A stretch of 64,000 nt of DNA from an uncultured Hyphomicrobiales bacterium. Its GTDB lineage: Bacteria; Bacteroidota; Ignavibacteria; Kapaibacteriales; UBA2268. Made by a program: the position numbers and the translations under genes. Location of the stretch: the NCBI GenBank assembly GCA_964581505.1, contig CAZOOR010000002.1:19700-83699 (forward strand), given 5' to 3'. The notes under the pieces were generated by a model. It was not told the DNA's origin and made no database searches. It was given only the letters and a program-made list of their open reading frames with translations. Below, one piece after another: positions 31,391 through 41,353 of this stretch; position 1 is the first letter of the stretch; each line of letters begins with the position of its first letter.

Positions 31391-32878
31391 CTATTTATCC
31401 AGAATTACGCCTAACCCTACAGATATTCTGCGTGAAGCGTCAGGCTTTTCGGGAAGCAGGATATTTTTTCCGTCAATCACCATTATTGTAGAACCTCCAC
31501 CGTCGAGATTCATTGCATCATAAGCACCGACTCTTTTCATTATCTTAGTTAAATTTGCAAGAGATGCTCCAACCCTATGCTTACTCCGTGAAGAATATTC
31601 CACTGCAATAATAAATATCTTACTTTTATCTTTACTTGTTCCGATTGCCGTACGCGGTAATTGCATATTAATAAATCGGCGTGAGCGAAGCCCTTCCCTT
31701 CTCGCTTCATGCTTTGCTTTTCCGTTTCGCACCAGTCGCGGCGCCCCTGAAACACTATTATAAAAAACAACACTATCATATACATTTGTGGCAAATTTAA
31801 CGCTTATCGTATCACCGGGTTTTGGCATTTTATCAATATTAATATTTTTGCCATAGGAAATAATAAAACCGTTAAGAGGCATATTCACCAATCCAAGACT
31901 AAGATTCATTACTATTGCTTGCGTTTCCTTATTAACAGCTGGTCCTGTTATGTAATGACAAGCCGATTTATAATTATGGAACTCTGTACTTGACATTTGT
32001 TTTTTTGCTATTACTTCATTAATTAAGGAAACGGAATCAAGTTCGAAATCAGTTGAATCCATAAACTCAACTTCCGATAATGCCTGAACTATTGCATCTT
32101 TCACATCTTTTGCTATTGAAGATGCGGATATATACGGGACTACTTCGCCGGCAAATTGATTATATAATACAACCCCGTTTGTATCTCTTCTTCTATTTAC
32201 ATTGCTAATTTTAAATTTGCTATTATTCGAACCTTGCATTGTTCCGCTTATAAAAAAATTGTCTATGTATAAATGAGAATGTGCATCGAATAAGCCCGAT
32301 GTCCAATTTTTGTGAGTTTTCATTTCAACAAGTTCACCATCAACAATTGTTGGTCCAATCGGATAATTTGTATAAGCACGCCAAAAATTAGCATTTACTG
32401 CAACGAGTACGGAATCAATATATAGACTATCGAAATTATGAACAATATTCTGAAGTTTATCAATTGATGTATTTGTGTTTCCAGCTTTGAGTGTTTTTAA
32501 ATATACTTTCGAAGTGTCCAAGTCAATTTCAATCAAATGAAAATTATGTTTGTATTTGCCACCCCATGCAATCTTTTTATACTGAACACCTGTGGCTAAT
32601 ATCGTATCACTAAGTATTTCAAAAGCAGTTGAGTATTTTACTTTTTTTGGAGGAATATATCTACTGCGGCGTCTGCGTCTGTGTTTACGTTTGCGGGTTG
32701 TTCCTTGTGTTTCACTTCTTAGATTTGCCTCTCCAAACGATTCCCCACAATGCAAACCGGAAGAATTTGCAGACTCAACCCTAATGCTTGCAAAAGCAAA
32801 AATCAAAAAAATAGACACTATTAACCAAAAGAATTTAATTTTTTCTATCCTATTAATAAATAAATAACTATATTGCAA
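31391..32878 (-). CDS. Phosphodiester glycosidase (NAGPA-like) family secreted protein
   Basis: AVNANFW, GAPRLVRNG, PRTAIG, AMNLDGGGST motifs; N-terminal signal/TM. Confidence 0.85.
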   Translation of the reverse strand: MQYSYLFINRIEKIKFFWLIVSIFLIFAFASIRVESANSSGLHCGESFGEANLRSETQGTTRKRKHRRRRRSRYIPPKKVKYSTAFEILSDTILATGVQYKKIAWGGKYKHNFHLIEIDLDTSKVYLKTLKAGNTNTSIDKLQNIVHNFDSLYIDSVLVAVNANFWRAYTNYPIGPTIVDGELVEMKTHKNWTSGLFDAHSHLYIDNFFISGTMQGSNNSKFKISNVNRRRDTNGVVLYNQFAGEVVPYISASSIAKDVKDAIVQALSEVEFMDSTDFELDSVSLINEVIAKKQMSSTEFHNYKSACHYITGPAVNKETQAIVMNLSLGLVNMPLNGFIISYGKNINIDKMPKPGDTISVKFATNVYDSVVFYNSVSGAPRLVRNGKAKHEARREGLRSRRFINMQLPRTAIGTSKDKSKIFIIAVEYSSRSKHRVGASLANLTKIMKRVGAYDAMNLDGGGSTIMVIDGKNILLPEKPDASRRISVGLGVILDK

Positions 32879-32963
32879 ACTTAAAAAGAAAACTTAAATC
32901 TAAGAATTAATTCTTAGTAATTTTGAAAACAATTTTTATTCATAAATAATAAAAGGTATAAAT

Positions 32964-33749
32964 ATGGCTTATGAAACAATACAATTCGAGAAAAAAGAAA
33001 ACTACGTTATTCTTACAATCAATCGTCCCGACAAACTGAATGCTTTAAATTCGCAAGTATTCTTTGATATTTACGATGCAATAACTGCTATTGAGACAGA
33101 CATAGAGATTAAGGCAGTCATATTAACAGGTACGGGCGAGAAAGCATTTGCCGCAGGTGCTGATATTAAAGAACTAAATGCAAGCGATACAGATGCAACA
33201 GGTAAAATGTTTTCGGAACTCGGCTCAAAAGTTATGGCACGTCTCGAACAGCTTCGTATTCCGGTAATTGCGGCTGTAAACGGATTTGCTCTGGGCGGTG
33301 GTTGCGAACTTGCGATGTCCTGCCATTTACGCTTTGCTTCGCCCAATGCGAAATTCGGTCAGCCGGAAGTAAATCTCGGAATCATTCCGGGCTATGGTGG
33401 CACCCAACGTATGCCACGATTAATCGGTAGAGCAAAAACAATTGAATTAATTATTTCCGGCAATATGATTGGTGCGGACGAAGCAAAGATGCTCGGATTA
33501 GTCAATGATGTATTTACTCAGGAAGAACTTATTCCAAAAACCGAAGAATTTGTACGACTTGTTCTGAGTAAAGGTAGTATTGCTGTATCCAACGCAATTG
33601 ATTGTATCCTGCGTTCCGAAGAACTTTCACTTGCCGAGGGTTTGGCTTATGAATCAAAATTATTCGGTCAGACCTGTGCAACTGATGACTTCAAAGAAGG
33701 TACATCGGCATTTCTCGAAAAACGCAAACCTGAATTCAAGGGGAAATAA
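32964..33749 (+). CDS. Enoyl-CoA hydratase/crotonase
   Basis: INRPDKLNALN, AFAAGADI, AVNGFALGGGCELAMSC, FGQPEVNLGIIPGYGGTQR, AFLEKRKPEF. Confidence 0.93.
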   Translation: MAYETIQFEKKENYVILTINRPDKLNALNSQVFFDIYDAITAIETDIEIKAVILTGTGEKAFAAGADIKELNASDTDATGKMFSELGSKVMARLEQLRIPVIAAVNGFALGGGCELAMSCHLRFASPNAKFGQPEVNLGIIPGYGGTQRMPRLIGRAKTIELIISGNMIGADEAKMLGLVNDVFTQEELIPKTEEFVRLVLSKGSIAVSNAIDCILRSEELSLAEGLAYESKLFGQTCATDDFKEGTSAFLEKRKPEFKGK

Positions 33750-33751
33750 TT

Positions 33752-33988
33752 TTGTTAAGAAAGAAATCAAAAGTTTTATACGAACTTGGTCCATACTTAA
33801 ATTTAGGAATGCAATTAGCTGTAACTATTGTTCTAATGGTGTTTCTCGGTAAATGGTTGGATAATAAATACGACACAAGCCCTTGGTTCATTATTTCCTG
33901 TTCACTCTTCGGAGTAATAGCAGGAATGTATAATTTTCTGAAAGTCGCATTGAGTTCTAACAAAGTTAGGAAGAAGAAAAAAAAATGA
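33752..33988 (+). CDS. AtpZ/AtpI family protein
   Basis: Two TM helices, G.WLD.K..TSPW motif; first gene of atp operon. Confidence 0.8.
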   Translation: MLRKKSKVLYELGPYLNLGMQLAVTIVLMVFLGKWLDNKYDTSPWFIISCSLFGVIAGMYNFLKVALSSNKVRKKKKK

Positions 33989-34287
33989 CGCTTTCTATCA
34001 TATTGGGAACATTATTAAGTATAATAAATGCCACCGCAGGATATATAAGCGCACGCATTGCTTTGAAGAAAAATGATGAGTCTTTTAGCAATATTATCTT
34101 CGGCTCAATGATAATTAGATATTTTGTAGTATCAGTTGTTGTTTTCGTATCTCTTAAATATATAAGGATTAACCACTTAGGTTTTGGACTTAGTTTTATG
34201 ATTTCTACCTTTATTTTAATAGTAATAGAAATTTTTTATCTGAATAATCGCTTAAATTTCTTAAATTTGCGGAACAAAAATAATTAA
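33985..34287 (+). CDS. ATP synthase accessory membrane protein (AtpI-like)
   Basis: Hydrophobic multi-TM protein with GSMIIRY between atpZ-like gene and atpB. Confidence 0.65.
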   Translation: MTLSIILGTLLSIINATAGYISARIALKKNDESFSNIIFGSMIIRYFVVSVVVFVSLKYIRINHLGFGLSFMISTFILIVIEIFYLNNRLNFLNLRNKNN

Positions 34288-34300
34288 TAATAGGAATTTT

Positions 34301-35332
34301 ATGTCAGGAAGTATTAACGAATACTTAATAGCAGAAAATAACACAGAACATCAGGAACACGGAACAGCGCAGACGACCGCACACACGGCTCATAGCGACG
34401 GCAATATACCTCCGAGCGAGGTATTCCCAACATTGCTTGGTACTTTGGGCGAACATAGAGAAATGACTTTCTATAATGTGCATATTTGCAACTTGCCTGT
34501 TATTGTTTACGACAAAGATACAGGTCTATTAACTTATAGCTCTGTCGAATCTATGGAAAATGATGGAGTTTATACATTAGACCATCACACACACCAGATT
34601 GTTAAAAGTTCAAATCACGAATCACCTACACTTGATATGTCTATTACATCACTTGTAGTATTTGAATGGCTTGCTATGTTTTTTGTAATTCTTGTATTTT
34701 TAAAATCGGCAAAGAAATACAAAAAGAATTCAAAAGCCGCACCCAAAGGTTTGCAAAATATGATTGAAGCCGGCGTGGTATTTGTACGAGACGATATTGT
34801 CGGGCCTAATATTAACAATAAAGATGTCGTAAACAGATTGTTGCCATTCTTTGTTGTACTGTTTTTCTTCATATTATTTATGAATTTGATAGGTTTAGTA
34901 CCGGGAGGGCATACAGCAACCGGTTCACTTGCTGTAACTGCGGCTTTGGCTATATGCGCCTTTTTTATAATTAACGTTACACAAATTAGAGATGTTGGCA
35001 TTAAGGCATATTTGAAGCATTTACTCGGCGGAGCGCCAATTGCCTTGGCACCTATAATGATACCTATTGAGATATTGTCAATGTTTACAAAACCTTTTGC
35101 ATTGACAGTTCGTCTATTTGCAAATATGACAGCCGGCCACGTTGTGTTACTCTCACTGGTCGGATTAATTTTTTACTTTAAATCATTTGTAGTATCACCC
35201 GTATCGGTAGGATTTTCAATATTTATGTATTTCATAGAAATATTGGTTGCTTTCCTGCAGGCTTATATATTTGTAATACTCACAGCAGTATTTACAGGAT
35301 TAGGTATGAGTCATGACCATACGGAACATTAA
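34301..35332 (+). CDS. atpB: F0F1 ATP synthase subunit a
   Basis: PKGLQNMIE, FMNLIGLVPG, KPFALTVRLFANMTAGH (essential Arg), LQAYIF. Confidence 0.96.
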   Translation: MSGSINEYLIAENNTEHQEHGTAQTTAHTAHSDGNIPPSEVFPTLLGTLGEHREMTFYNVHICNLPVIVYDKDTGLLTYSSVESMENDGVYTLDHHTHQIVKSSNHESPTLDMSITSLVVFEWLAMFFVILVFLKSAKKYKKNSKAAPKGLQNMIEAGVVFVRDDIVGPNINNKDVVNRLLPFFVVLFFFILFMNLIGLVPGGHTATGSLAVTAALAICAFFIINVTQIRDVGIKAYLKHLLGGAPIALAPIMIPIEILSMFTKPFALTVRLFANMTAGHVVLLSLVGLIFYFKSFVVSPVSVGFSIFMYFIEILVAFLQAYIFVILTAVFTGLGMSHDHTEH

Positions 35333-35389
35333 TTTGAGAATATGAATTTAAAATAAATGTTTTTCTTTTTTTATTTATAGGAGGTTATA

Positions 35390-35614
35390 ATGGATAATAG
35401 TTTAGCACACTTAGGAGCAGGTCTCGGAGCCGGTATTTCGGTTATCGGTGCAGGCATCGGTATCGGAAGATTGGCGTCAGCCGCTCTTGAAGCCGGCGCA
35501 CGCCAGCCCGAAGCTTCGGGTGATTCAAGAACAACGATGATTATTGCCGCCGCTCTTATTGAGGGCGTGGCATTGTTTTCTTGTGTTATCTGTATTTTAT
35601 TAGCAGTTAAATAG
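35390..35614 (+). CDS. atpE: F0F1 ATP synthase subunit c
   Basis: Glycine zipper GAGLGAG..GAGIGIG, ARQPEA loop, ALIEGV ion-binding Glu (no Q/ES Na+ signature, so likely H+). Confidence 0.96.
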   Translation: MDNSLAHLGAGLGAGISVIGAGIGIGRLASAALEAGARQPEASGDSRTTMIIAAALIEGVALFSCVICILLAVK

Positions 35615-35624
35615 TGCAAACTCG

Positions 35625-35652
35625 GAGAGGGTACTTTCCGAAGTACCCTCTC
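35625..35652 (+). other. Strong intercistronic hairpin after atpE
   Basis: GAGAGGGTACTT-TCCG-AAGTACCCTCTC, perfect 12-bp stem, no long U-tract. Confidence 0.7.
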
Positions 35653-35751
35653 ACTTTAATTGAGTGCTTTCAAGGGTGTTTGAAAGGAACTTTCTTGAAT
35701 ACATTCAAAATATTGAAAAAGAAATTTATTAAATAAATTAGGTTGTTTTAA

Positions 35752-36246
35752 ATGGAAAACTTATTAAATATTTCACCGGGGTTGATGATTTGGACTTTGT
35801 TCAACTTCTTTATCGTTCTGTTTATAGTTATTAAATTCGGTGTAAAACCTATTGTTAATGGTTTAAACTCTCGCGAAAACAGTATCAAAGATGCAATTGA
35901 ACATGCAGAGAAAGCAAACTCAGAGGCACAAGCACTTCTCAAAGAAAGTCAGGAAAAACTCAGAAATGCCCAATCGGAAATGAGTGAAATCATTCAGAAG
36001 GGACGAGTTCAGGCTGAAGAAATGCTCAGAAAAGCCGGTGAAGATGCCGATAAAGTGAAAAAACAAAAAGTTGAAGATGCCGTAAAAGAAATTGAGAGAA
36101 GCAAAGATGCCGCAATTCATGAACTGAGAAAAGAAGTTGCTACTCTTGTTGTAGGTGCAACAGAGAAACTCTTAGACGAGACTTTGGACAAAGACAAGCA
36201 TTACAAGCTAATAGAATCTTATATTGAAAAATTACCAAAGAATTAA
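35752..36246 (+). CDS. atpF: F0F1 ATP synthase subunit b
   Basis: PGLMIWTLFNF TM anchor, KFG.KPI...L..RE..I, coiled coil. Confidence 0.95.
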   Translation: MENLLNISPGLMIWTLFNFFIVLFIVIKFGVKPIVNGLNSRENSIKDAIEHAEKANSEAQALLKESQEKLRNAQSEMSEIIQKGRVQAEEMLRKAGEDADKVKKQKVEDAVKEIERSKDAAIHELRKEVATLVVGATEKLLDETLDKDKHYKLIESYIEKLPKN

Positions 36247-36255
36247 TAAATTATT

Positions 36256-36795
36256 ATGACAGAACAAAGAGTATCATACAGATATGCAAAAGCCATAATC
36301 GAAACGGCTGAATCTGAGAAAATCACCGATTTGCTTTACAATGATTTTTTGTATGTTCGGAATATTTGTAATTCTTCGCACGAACTAACAACTATGGTAA
36401 AAAGTCCTGTTGTTCACGATAGGGACAAAGTTAAGATATTCAAAGAATTGTTTGAAAATAAAATCAATTCGGTTACTCTAAATTTCTTAAATTTCCTAAT
36501 CGAAAAAGGCAGAGCCAACTATACACTGGATATTATTGTCCAATACGAAGAGTTGTACAATAAACTCAACAATAAAATTAAAGTTGATATTACTACTGCC
36601 GTTGAGCTGGACGAAGAAGCGAAGAATAACATCGTCAAGAAGATTGCAGAGAACACAGGGCAAACAATTTTATCAAAGTTTATTGTAAGCAAAGATATAG
36701 ACGGTGGGTTACTTGTTAAAATTCACGATTGGGTTTATGATGCAACCCTAAAAAGCCAGCTGAAGAATTTATACAATACTTTAGCACAAAATTGA
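36256..36795 (+). CDS. atpH: F0F1 ATP synthase subunit delta
   Basis: RYAKAI, FLIEKGR, ITTAVEL, DIDGGL..KI.D.VYDATL. Confidence 0.93.
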   Translation: MTEQRVSYRYAKAIIETAESEKITDLLYNDFLYVRNICNSSHELTTMVKSPVVHDRDKVKIFKELFENKINSVTLNFLNFLIEKGRANYTLDIIVQYEELYNKLNNKIKVDITTAVELDEEAKNNIVKKIAENTGQTILSKFIVSKDIDGGLLVKIHDWVYDATLKSQLKNLYNTLAQN

Positions 36796-36837
36796 GAAGA
36801 ATATTATTAAAAATATAAAGAGTTAAGAGGATTTATA

Positions 36838-38397
36838 ATGGTAGATGTAAGACCGGAAGAAATTTCCGCAATATTAAGACGCCAGCTCTCAGGATTTGAA
36901 AGCGAAGCGGATATTTATGAAGTAGGTACAGTGCTACAAGTTGGTGACGGTGTGGCTCGTATTTACGGTTTGACAAAAGTTATGGCATCTGAACTTGTCG
37001 AATTCCCAAACAATGTGATGGGAATGGTGCTAAACCTCGAAGAAGACAATGTCGGTGTGATGCTTTTTGGCGATGACAGTTTAGTTAAAGAAGGTGATAC
37101 TGTTCGCCGAACAGGTAAGGTTGCCTCTGTTCCCATTGGTAATGGACTTTTGGGTAGAGTTGTCAATGCTTTGGGACAACCTATTGATGCTAAGGGTCCC
37201 CTAAATATTGATACTTATTATCCGATTGAAAGAAAAGCACCGGGCGTTATAGCACGCCAACCTGTGAAAGAACCGTTGCAAACCGGTCTGAAAGTAATTG
37301 ATGCTTTGATTCCTATTGGACGCGGGCAGAGAGAATTAATAATTGGCGACCGCCAAACAGGGAAAACAGCTATTGCATTAGATGCTATTATTAATCAAAA
37401 ATATACACATACAGAAGAAGCCAAAAAGAGCGGCGTAAAGCCTGTTTATTGTATTTATGTAGCTATCGGGCAAAAAGGCTCGACTGTTGCTAACGTGGTT
37501 TCTTATCTTAAAGAATACGGAGCATTAGATTATACGATTATCGTTGCCGCAAATGCTTCGGACCCTGCACCTATGCAGTATATTGCACCTTATGCAGGTT
37601 GCTCAATGGGCGAATTTTTCAGGGATAACGGAAAGGATGCACTTGTTATTTATGATGATTTATCAAAACAAGCGGCGGCTTACCGTCAGGTATCCTTATT
37701 GCTCCGCCGTCCTCCCGGACGCGAGGCATATCCCGGTGATGTTTTCTATTTACATTCAAGATTGCTTGAAAGAGCCGCTAAATTTTCTGATGAAAATGGC
37801 GGTGGTACACTTACGGCTCTACCTGTCATTGAGACACAGGCAGGAGACGTTGCGGCATATATTCCTACCAATGTAATTTCAATTACTGACGGTCAGATAT
37901 ATCTTGAACCCAACTTATTCAATGCAGGTGTAAGACCGGCTATGAATGTAGGTATTTCTGTTTCACGTGTTGGTGGTAATGCACAGATTAAAGCTATGAA
38001 GAAAGTAGCAGGTCCATTGAAACTCGAACTTGCTCAATATCGCGAATTAGAGGCATTTGCTAAATTCGGCTCCGACTTGGATAAAGCCACTCAACAGCAA
38101 TTAAGACGTGGTGCTATATTGACCGAAATTCTAAAGCAAAGACAGTTTGTTCCAATTCAGGTTAATAAGCAAATTGCTTTAATTTGGACTGCAACTAACG
38201 GTTATCTTGATGAATTACCGGTTGAAGTGCTTGATAAATTTGAAACGGATTTCTTTGAATATCTTGAGAATAATGAAAATGCATTATTGGAATTGATTTC
38301 GGAGAAGAAAGAATTAGTTGATGAAGTTGTCAGTGCCTTGAAAAAAGCCGCCGATAATTTTGTCGGAATATTTAAAAGTTCAAATAATATAGAATAA
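36838..38397 (+). CDS. atpA: F0F1 ATP synthase subunit alpha
   Basis: [61 protein letters not shown]. Confidence 0.99.
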   Translation: MVDVRPEEISAILRRQLSGFESEADIYEVGTVLQVGDGVARIYGLTKVMASELVEFPNNVMGMVLNLEEDNVGVMLFGDDSLVKEGDTVRRTGKVASVPIGNGLLGRVVNALGQPIDAKGPLNIDTYYPIERKAPGVIARQPVKEPLQTGLKVIDALIPIGRGQRELIIGDRQTGKTAIALDAIINQKYTHTEEAKKSGVKPVYCIYVAIGQKGSTVANVVSYLKEYGALDYTIIVAANASDPAPMQYIAPYAGCSMGEFFRDNGKDALVIYDDLSKQAAAYRQVSLLLRRPPGREAYPGDVFYLHSRLLERAAKFSDENGGGTLTALPVIETQAGDVAAYIPTNVISITDGQIYLEPNLFNAGVRPAMNVGISVSRVGGNAQIKAMKKVAGPLKLELAQYRELEAFAKFGSDLDKATQQQLRRGAILTEILKQRQFVPIQVNKQIALIWTATNGYLDELPVEVLDKFETDFFEYLENNENALLELISEKKELVDEVVSALKKAADNFVGIFKSSNNIE

Positions 38398-39366
38398 ATG
38401 ATAATATTAACCGGCGGTGCAGGCTTTATCGGCTCTTGTTTCCTGAAAACATTGAACAGTAATGGTATTTACGATATCATTGTTGTAGATAGATTGGGAA
38501 ATGGGGACAAGTGGAAAAATATTGTCGGTAAACGATTTGCCGGATATTATCATAAAAACGAGTTCTTTGATGTTCTATTCGATGAGAAAAAAATAGCTAG
38601 GAATATTGATGCTATTATTCACCTCGGTGCTTGCTCTTCAACGACTGAATCCGATGTTGATTATATTATGAGTAATAATTTGAATTATAGTATCAAGTTA
38701 GCTACTTATGCCGCAGAGCATAGTATAAAATTTATTTATGCAAGTTCGGCGGCTACTTATGGAGATGGCTCAAAAGGTTATTCCGATTATTCCATTGACG
38801 ATTTGCAACCTCTCAATCCTTATGGATTGTCCAAACATTTATTTGATAGATGGGTTGTCGATAATGAACTTGACACAGAGTTTATCGGTGTTAAATTTTT
38901 CAATGTGTTTGGTCCCAATGAATATCACAAAGATGATATGTCATCAATGATATTCAAATCGTTCAATCAGATAAAAAACACAGGCAAGGTCAAGCTATTC
39001 AAATCAAATAGTCCCGACTACAATGATGGCGAACAGAAGCGTGATTTTGTCTATGTGAAGGACGCCACTAATGTTCTGTGGAAAATGCTTGCTAACAAAA
39101 CCGAAGCCGGTATATATAACCTTGGAACAGGGAAAGCACGCACTTGGAATGACCTTGTGAATGCAGTCTTCAATGCAATTGGCAGAGAAACAAATATCGA
39201 ATTTATCGATATGCCGAAAATTCTCGAAGGGAAATATCAGAACTTTACAGAAGCTGACATCAATAAACTCACTAATTCTCAATACGCAATTGAGTTCACC
39301 GAGCTTGAAGATGCAGTAGAAGATTATATAAAAAATTACTTGAATAAGAGTTTTAAGAACATATAG
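38398..39366 (+). CDS. hldD: ADP-L-glycero-D-manno-heptose-6-epimerase
   Basis: TGGAGFIG, HLGACSSTTE, YASSAATYG, PLNPYGLSK (YxxxK), FNVFGPNEYHK, RDFVYVKD, YQNFTEAD: classic RfaD/HldD. Confidence 0.92.
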   Translation: MIILTGGAGFIGSCFLKTLNSNGIYDIIVVDRLGNGDKWKNIVGKRFAGYYHKNEFFDVLFDEKKIARNIDAIIHLGACSSTTESDVDYIMSNNLNYSIKLATYAAEHSIKFIYASSAATYGDGSKGYSDYSIDDLQPLNPYGLSKHLFDRWVVDNELDTEFIGVKFFNVFGPNEYHKDDMSSMIFKSFNQIKNTGKVKLFKSNSPDYNDGEQKRDFVYVKDATNVLWKMLANKTEAGIYNLGTGKARTWNDLVNAVFNAIGRETNIEFIDMPKILEGKYQNFTEADINKLTNSQYAIEFTELEDAVEDYIKNYLNKSFKNI

Positions 39367-39390
39367 TTATTAAATCAGGAAATACTTTAA

Positions 39391-40272
39391 ATGGCAACAT
39401 TAAGAGACATAAGACGTAGAATCACGGCGGTAAACAGTACTGCAAAAATTACGCAAGCTATGAAAATGGTATCAACGGCAAAATTGAAAAGAGCTCAGGA
39501 CGCTATTATATCCGCTCGTCCTTTTGCCGCAAAACTTGGCGATATTCTCACAAATCTCGTCTCGGAAATTGGCGATACATATTATCATCCTCTCCTTGAG
39601 AACAGAAAAGAGGTTAGGAATATTGCTGTCATTCTCATCGCCGGCAATCGCGGACTTTGCGGTAGTTTCAATACGAATATTTTCCGCCACACAAACCAAT
39701 ATATAAATGATGAAATTAAAAAAGAATATCCGAATGCGAACATTCATCTCTTCCCTATCGGTAAGCGTGCTTGTTCCTCTTTTAAAAATCCCGATATTAG
39801 TTCTACAAACAAATACCCGAATTTGTTAACAGAACTTAACTTTGCAAATGCAAAAGACGTTGTTGATACTGTTTCTGACGGCTTTGTAAACGGACAATAC
39901 GACAAAGTGGTTGTTAGCTACAATATGTTCAAAAATTTACTTGTTCAGATTCCTTCTATTGTTACATTGCTACCTATTGCTCCTACAAATGAAGAGGAAA
40001 ATAATACAAAATTCAATCTTGATTATATTTTTGAACCAACACAAAAAGAAATACTTGATGATTTACTTCCGCGTCATCTTGATATTCAGTTTTGGAGAAC
40101 CGTATTAGAATCTAATGCCGCAGAGAATGCCGCAAGAAGAATGGCTATGGAAAATGCAACCAAGAATGCAAAGGAACTTTCGGAATATCTCGAAATGGTA
40201 TTCAACAAAGAACGTCAAGCGGCAATCACTACCGAAATGCTGGACATTGTCGGTGGTTCCAACGCTTTATAG
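39391..40272 (+). CDS. atpG: F0F1 ATP synthase subunit gamma
   Basis: KITQAMKMVSTAK, RGLCGSFN, AARRMAMENATKNA, RQAAITTEMLDIVGG. Confidence 0.97.
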   Translation: MATLRDIRRRITAVNSTAKITQAMKMVSTAKLKRAQDAIISARPFAAKLGDILTNLVSEIGDTYYHPLLENRKEVRNIAVILIAGNRGLCGSFNTNIFRHTNQYINDEIKKEYPNANIHLFPIGKRACSSFKNPDISSTNKYPNLLTELNFANAKDVVDTVSDGFVNGQYDKVVVSYNMFKNLLVQIPSIVTLLPIAPTNEEENNTKFNLDYIFEPTQKEILDDLLPRHLDIQFWRTVLESNAAENAARRMAMENATKNAKELSEYLEMVFNKERQAAITTEMLDIVGGSNAL

Positions 40273-40290
40273 TGATTTATTCTAACTATC

Positions 40291-40327
40291 AAAAGGACTA
40301 CTGTTTATCGGTAGTCCTTTTTCTTTT
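40291..40327 (+). terminator. Terminator closing the atp operon
   Basis: AAAAGGACTAC/GTAGTCCTTTT stem followed by T-run. Confidence 0.8.
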
Positions 40328-40429
40328 AGTATTCGACTTTCTTACAGATTATTTACAAAAAATACTTTTTAAAATTATTTTTGAGTATATTTATTTATAT
40401 TTGAATTGAGAATAAAATATTTTTAAAAT

Positions 40430-41353
40430 ATGAAATTTATCTTTATCATATTATTGTTTTGCTACACTCCCTATCGCTTTCTGAATGCACAGTGCGACTG
40501 TACGGGTAATAGTGCGGAAATCGCTCTTTCCAATCTTAATGAGATTTATCATAATGATTCGCTAAGATATAATAATTTTTATATTAATTTACTATATAAA
40601 TACACCTATGCCGATTCTTATTTTTTAAGAGATGTCAATATCGGCAGAGGAGCAATAAAAAGCATAGCCGCACATTTCTTAGACTTACGACTTAGCTACA
40701 AATATAATTTTCGTTGGATATTTGACATAGAACTCGGATACTTTATTAACAAACGACAAACGGAAAATCTGAAAAACCAATCATTTAATGCGTCCGGTAT
40801 AAGCGATTTATCAATTCTCGGACGATATATATTATGGAAAGATATTGCAAACAATTTTGAAATAAGCGGTGGTGGCGGTATTAAAGTTCCATTTGCTCAC
40901 GAGGAAGCTACTATTCCTCAAAATATTCAACCCTCTACCGGCGCTTATGCCATATTGGCAAATATACTTGTAAAAAAATATTTTCCGGATTGGAATTTAG
41001 GACTAATTGCCGGCAATCGTACCGACTACAACTTCGAGAATAAATGGAGATATAGATATGGTATATCAACAGTTTCATCAATAATTCTACTATATAACGC
41101 AGGCGAAACTATAAATATAGGGACTGAATTACGCGGTGATTTCAGAGGAAAAGATTATAACAAGGGTAAAAAAATATGCGGCTCAGGATTTATTGCTTTA
41201 TCCATAAGCCCCATTTTGCGAATTAATACAGGTAGATTTATTATAGGTTCGTTCTTTAATTATCCATTTTACCAATTCTATTTCGGAAAACAAATTGCAA
41301 ATAAATTTTCGTTTGGTATGAGTATTTCATACGGAACCAAATTATTTGACTAA
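40430..41353 (+). CDS. Putative outer-membrane beta-barrel protein (transporter/MetA-pathway-like family)
   Basis: Signal peptide then QCDC; alternating aromatic strands; SGISDLSILGRY, GGGIKVPF, QPSTGAY; C-terminal ...SYGTKLFD. Confidence 0.55.
   Translation: MKFIFIILLFCYTPYRFLNAQCDCTGNSAEIALSNLNEIYHNDSLRYNNFYINLLYKYTYADSYFLRDVNIGRGAIKSIAAHFLDLRLSYKYNFRWIFDIELGYFINKRQTENLKNQSFNASGISDLSILGRYILWKDIANNFEISGGGGIKVPFAHEEATIPQNIQPSTGAYAILANILVKKYFPDWNLGLIAGNRTDYNFENKWRYRYGISTVSSIILLYNAGETINIGTELRGDFRGKDYNKGKKICGSGFIALSISPILRINTGRFIIGSFFNYPFYQFYFGKQIANKFSFGMSISYGTKLFD

Noticed and set aside
35390-35614. Na+-coupled ATP synthase
   Set aside because: The c subunit has E-G rather than the Q...E-S/T sodium-binding signature.
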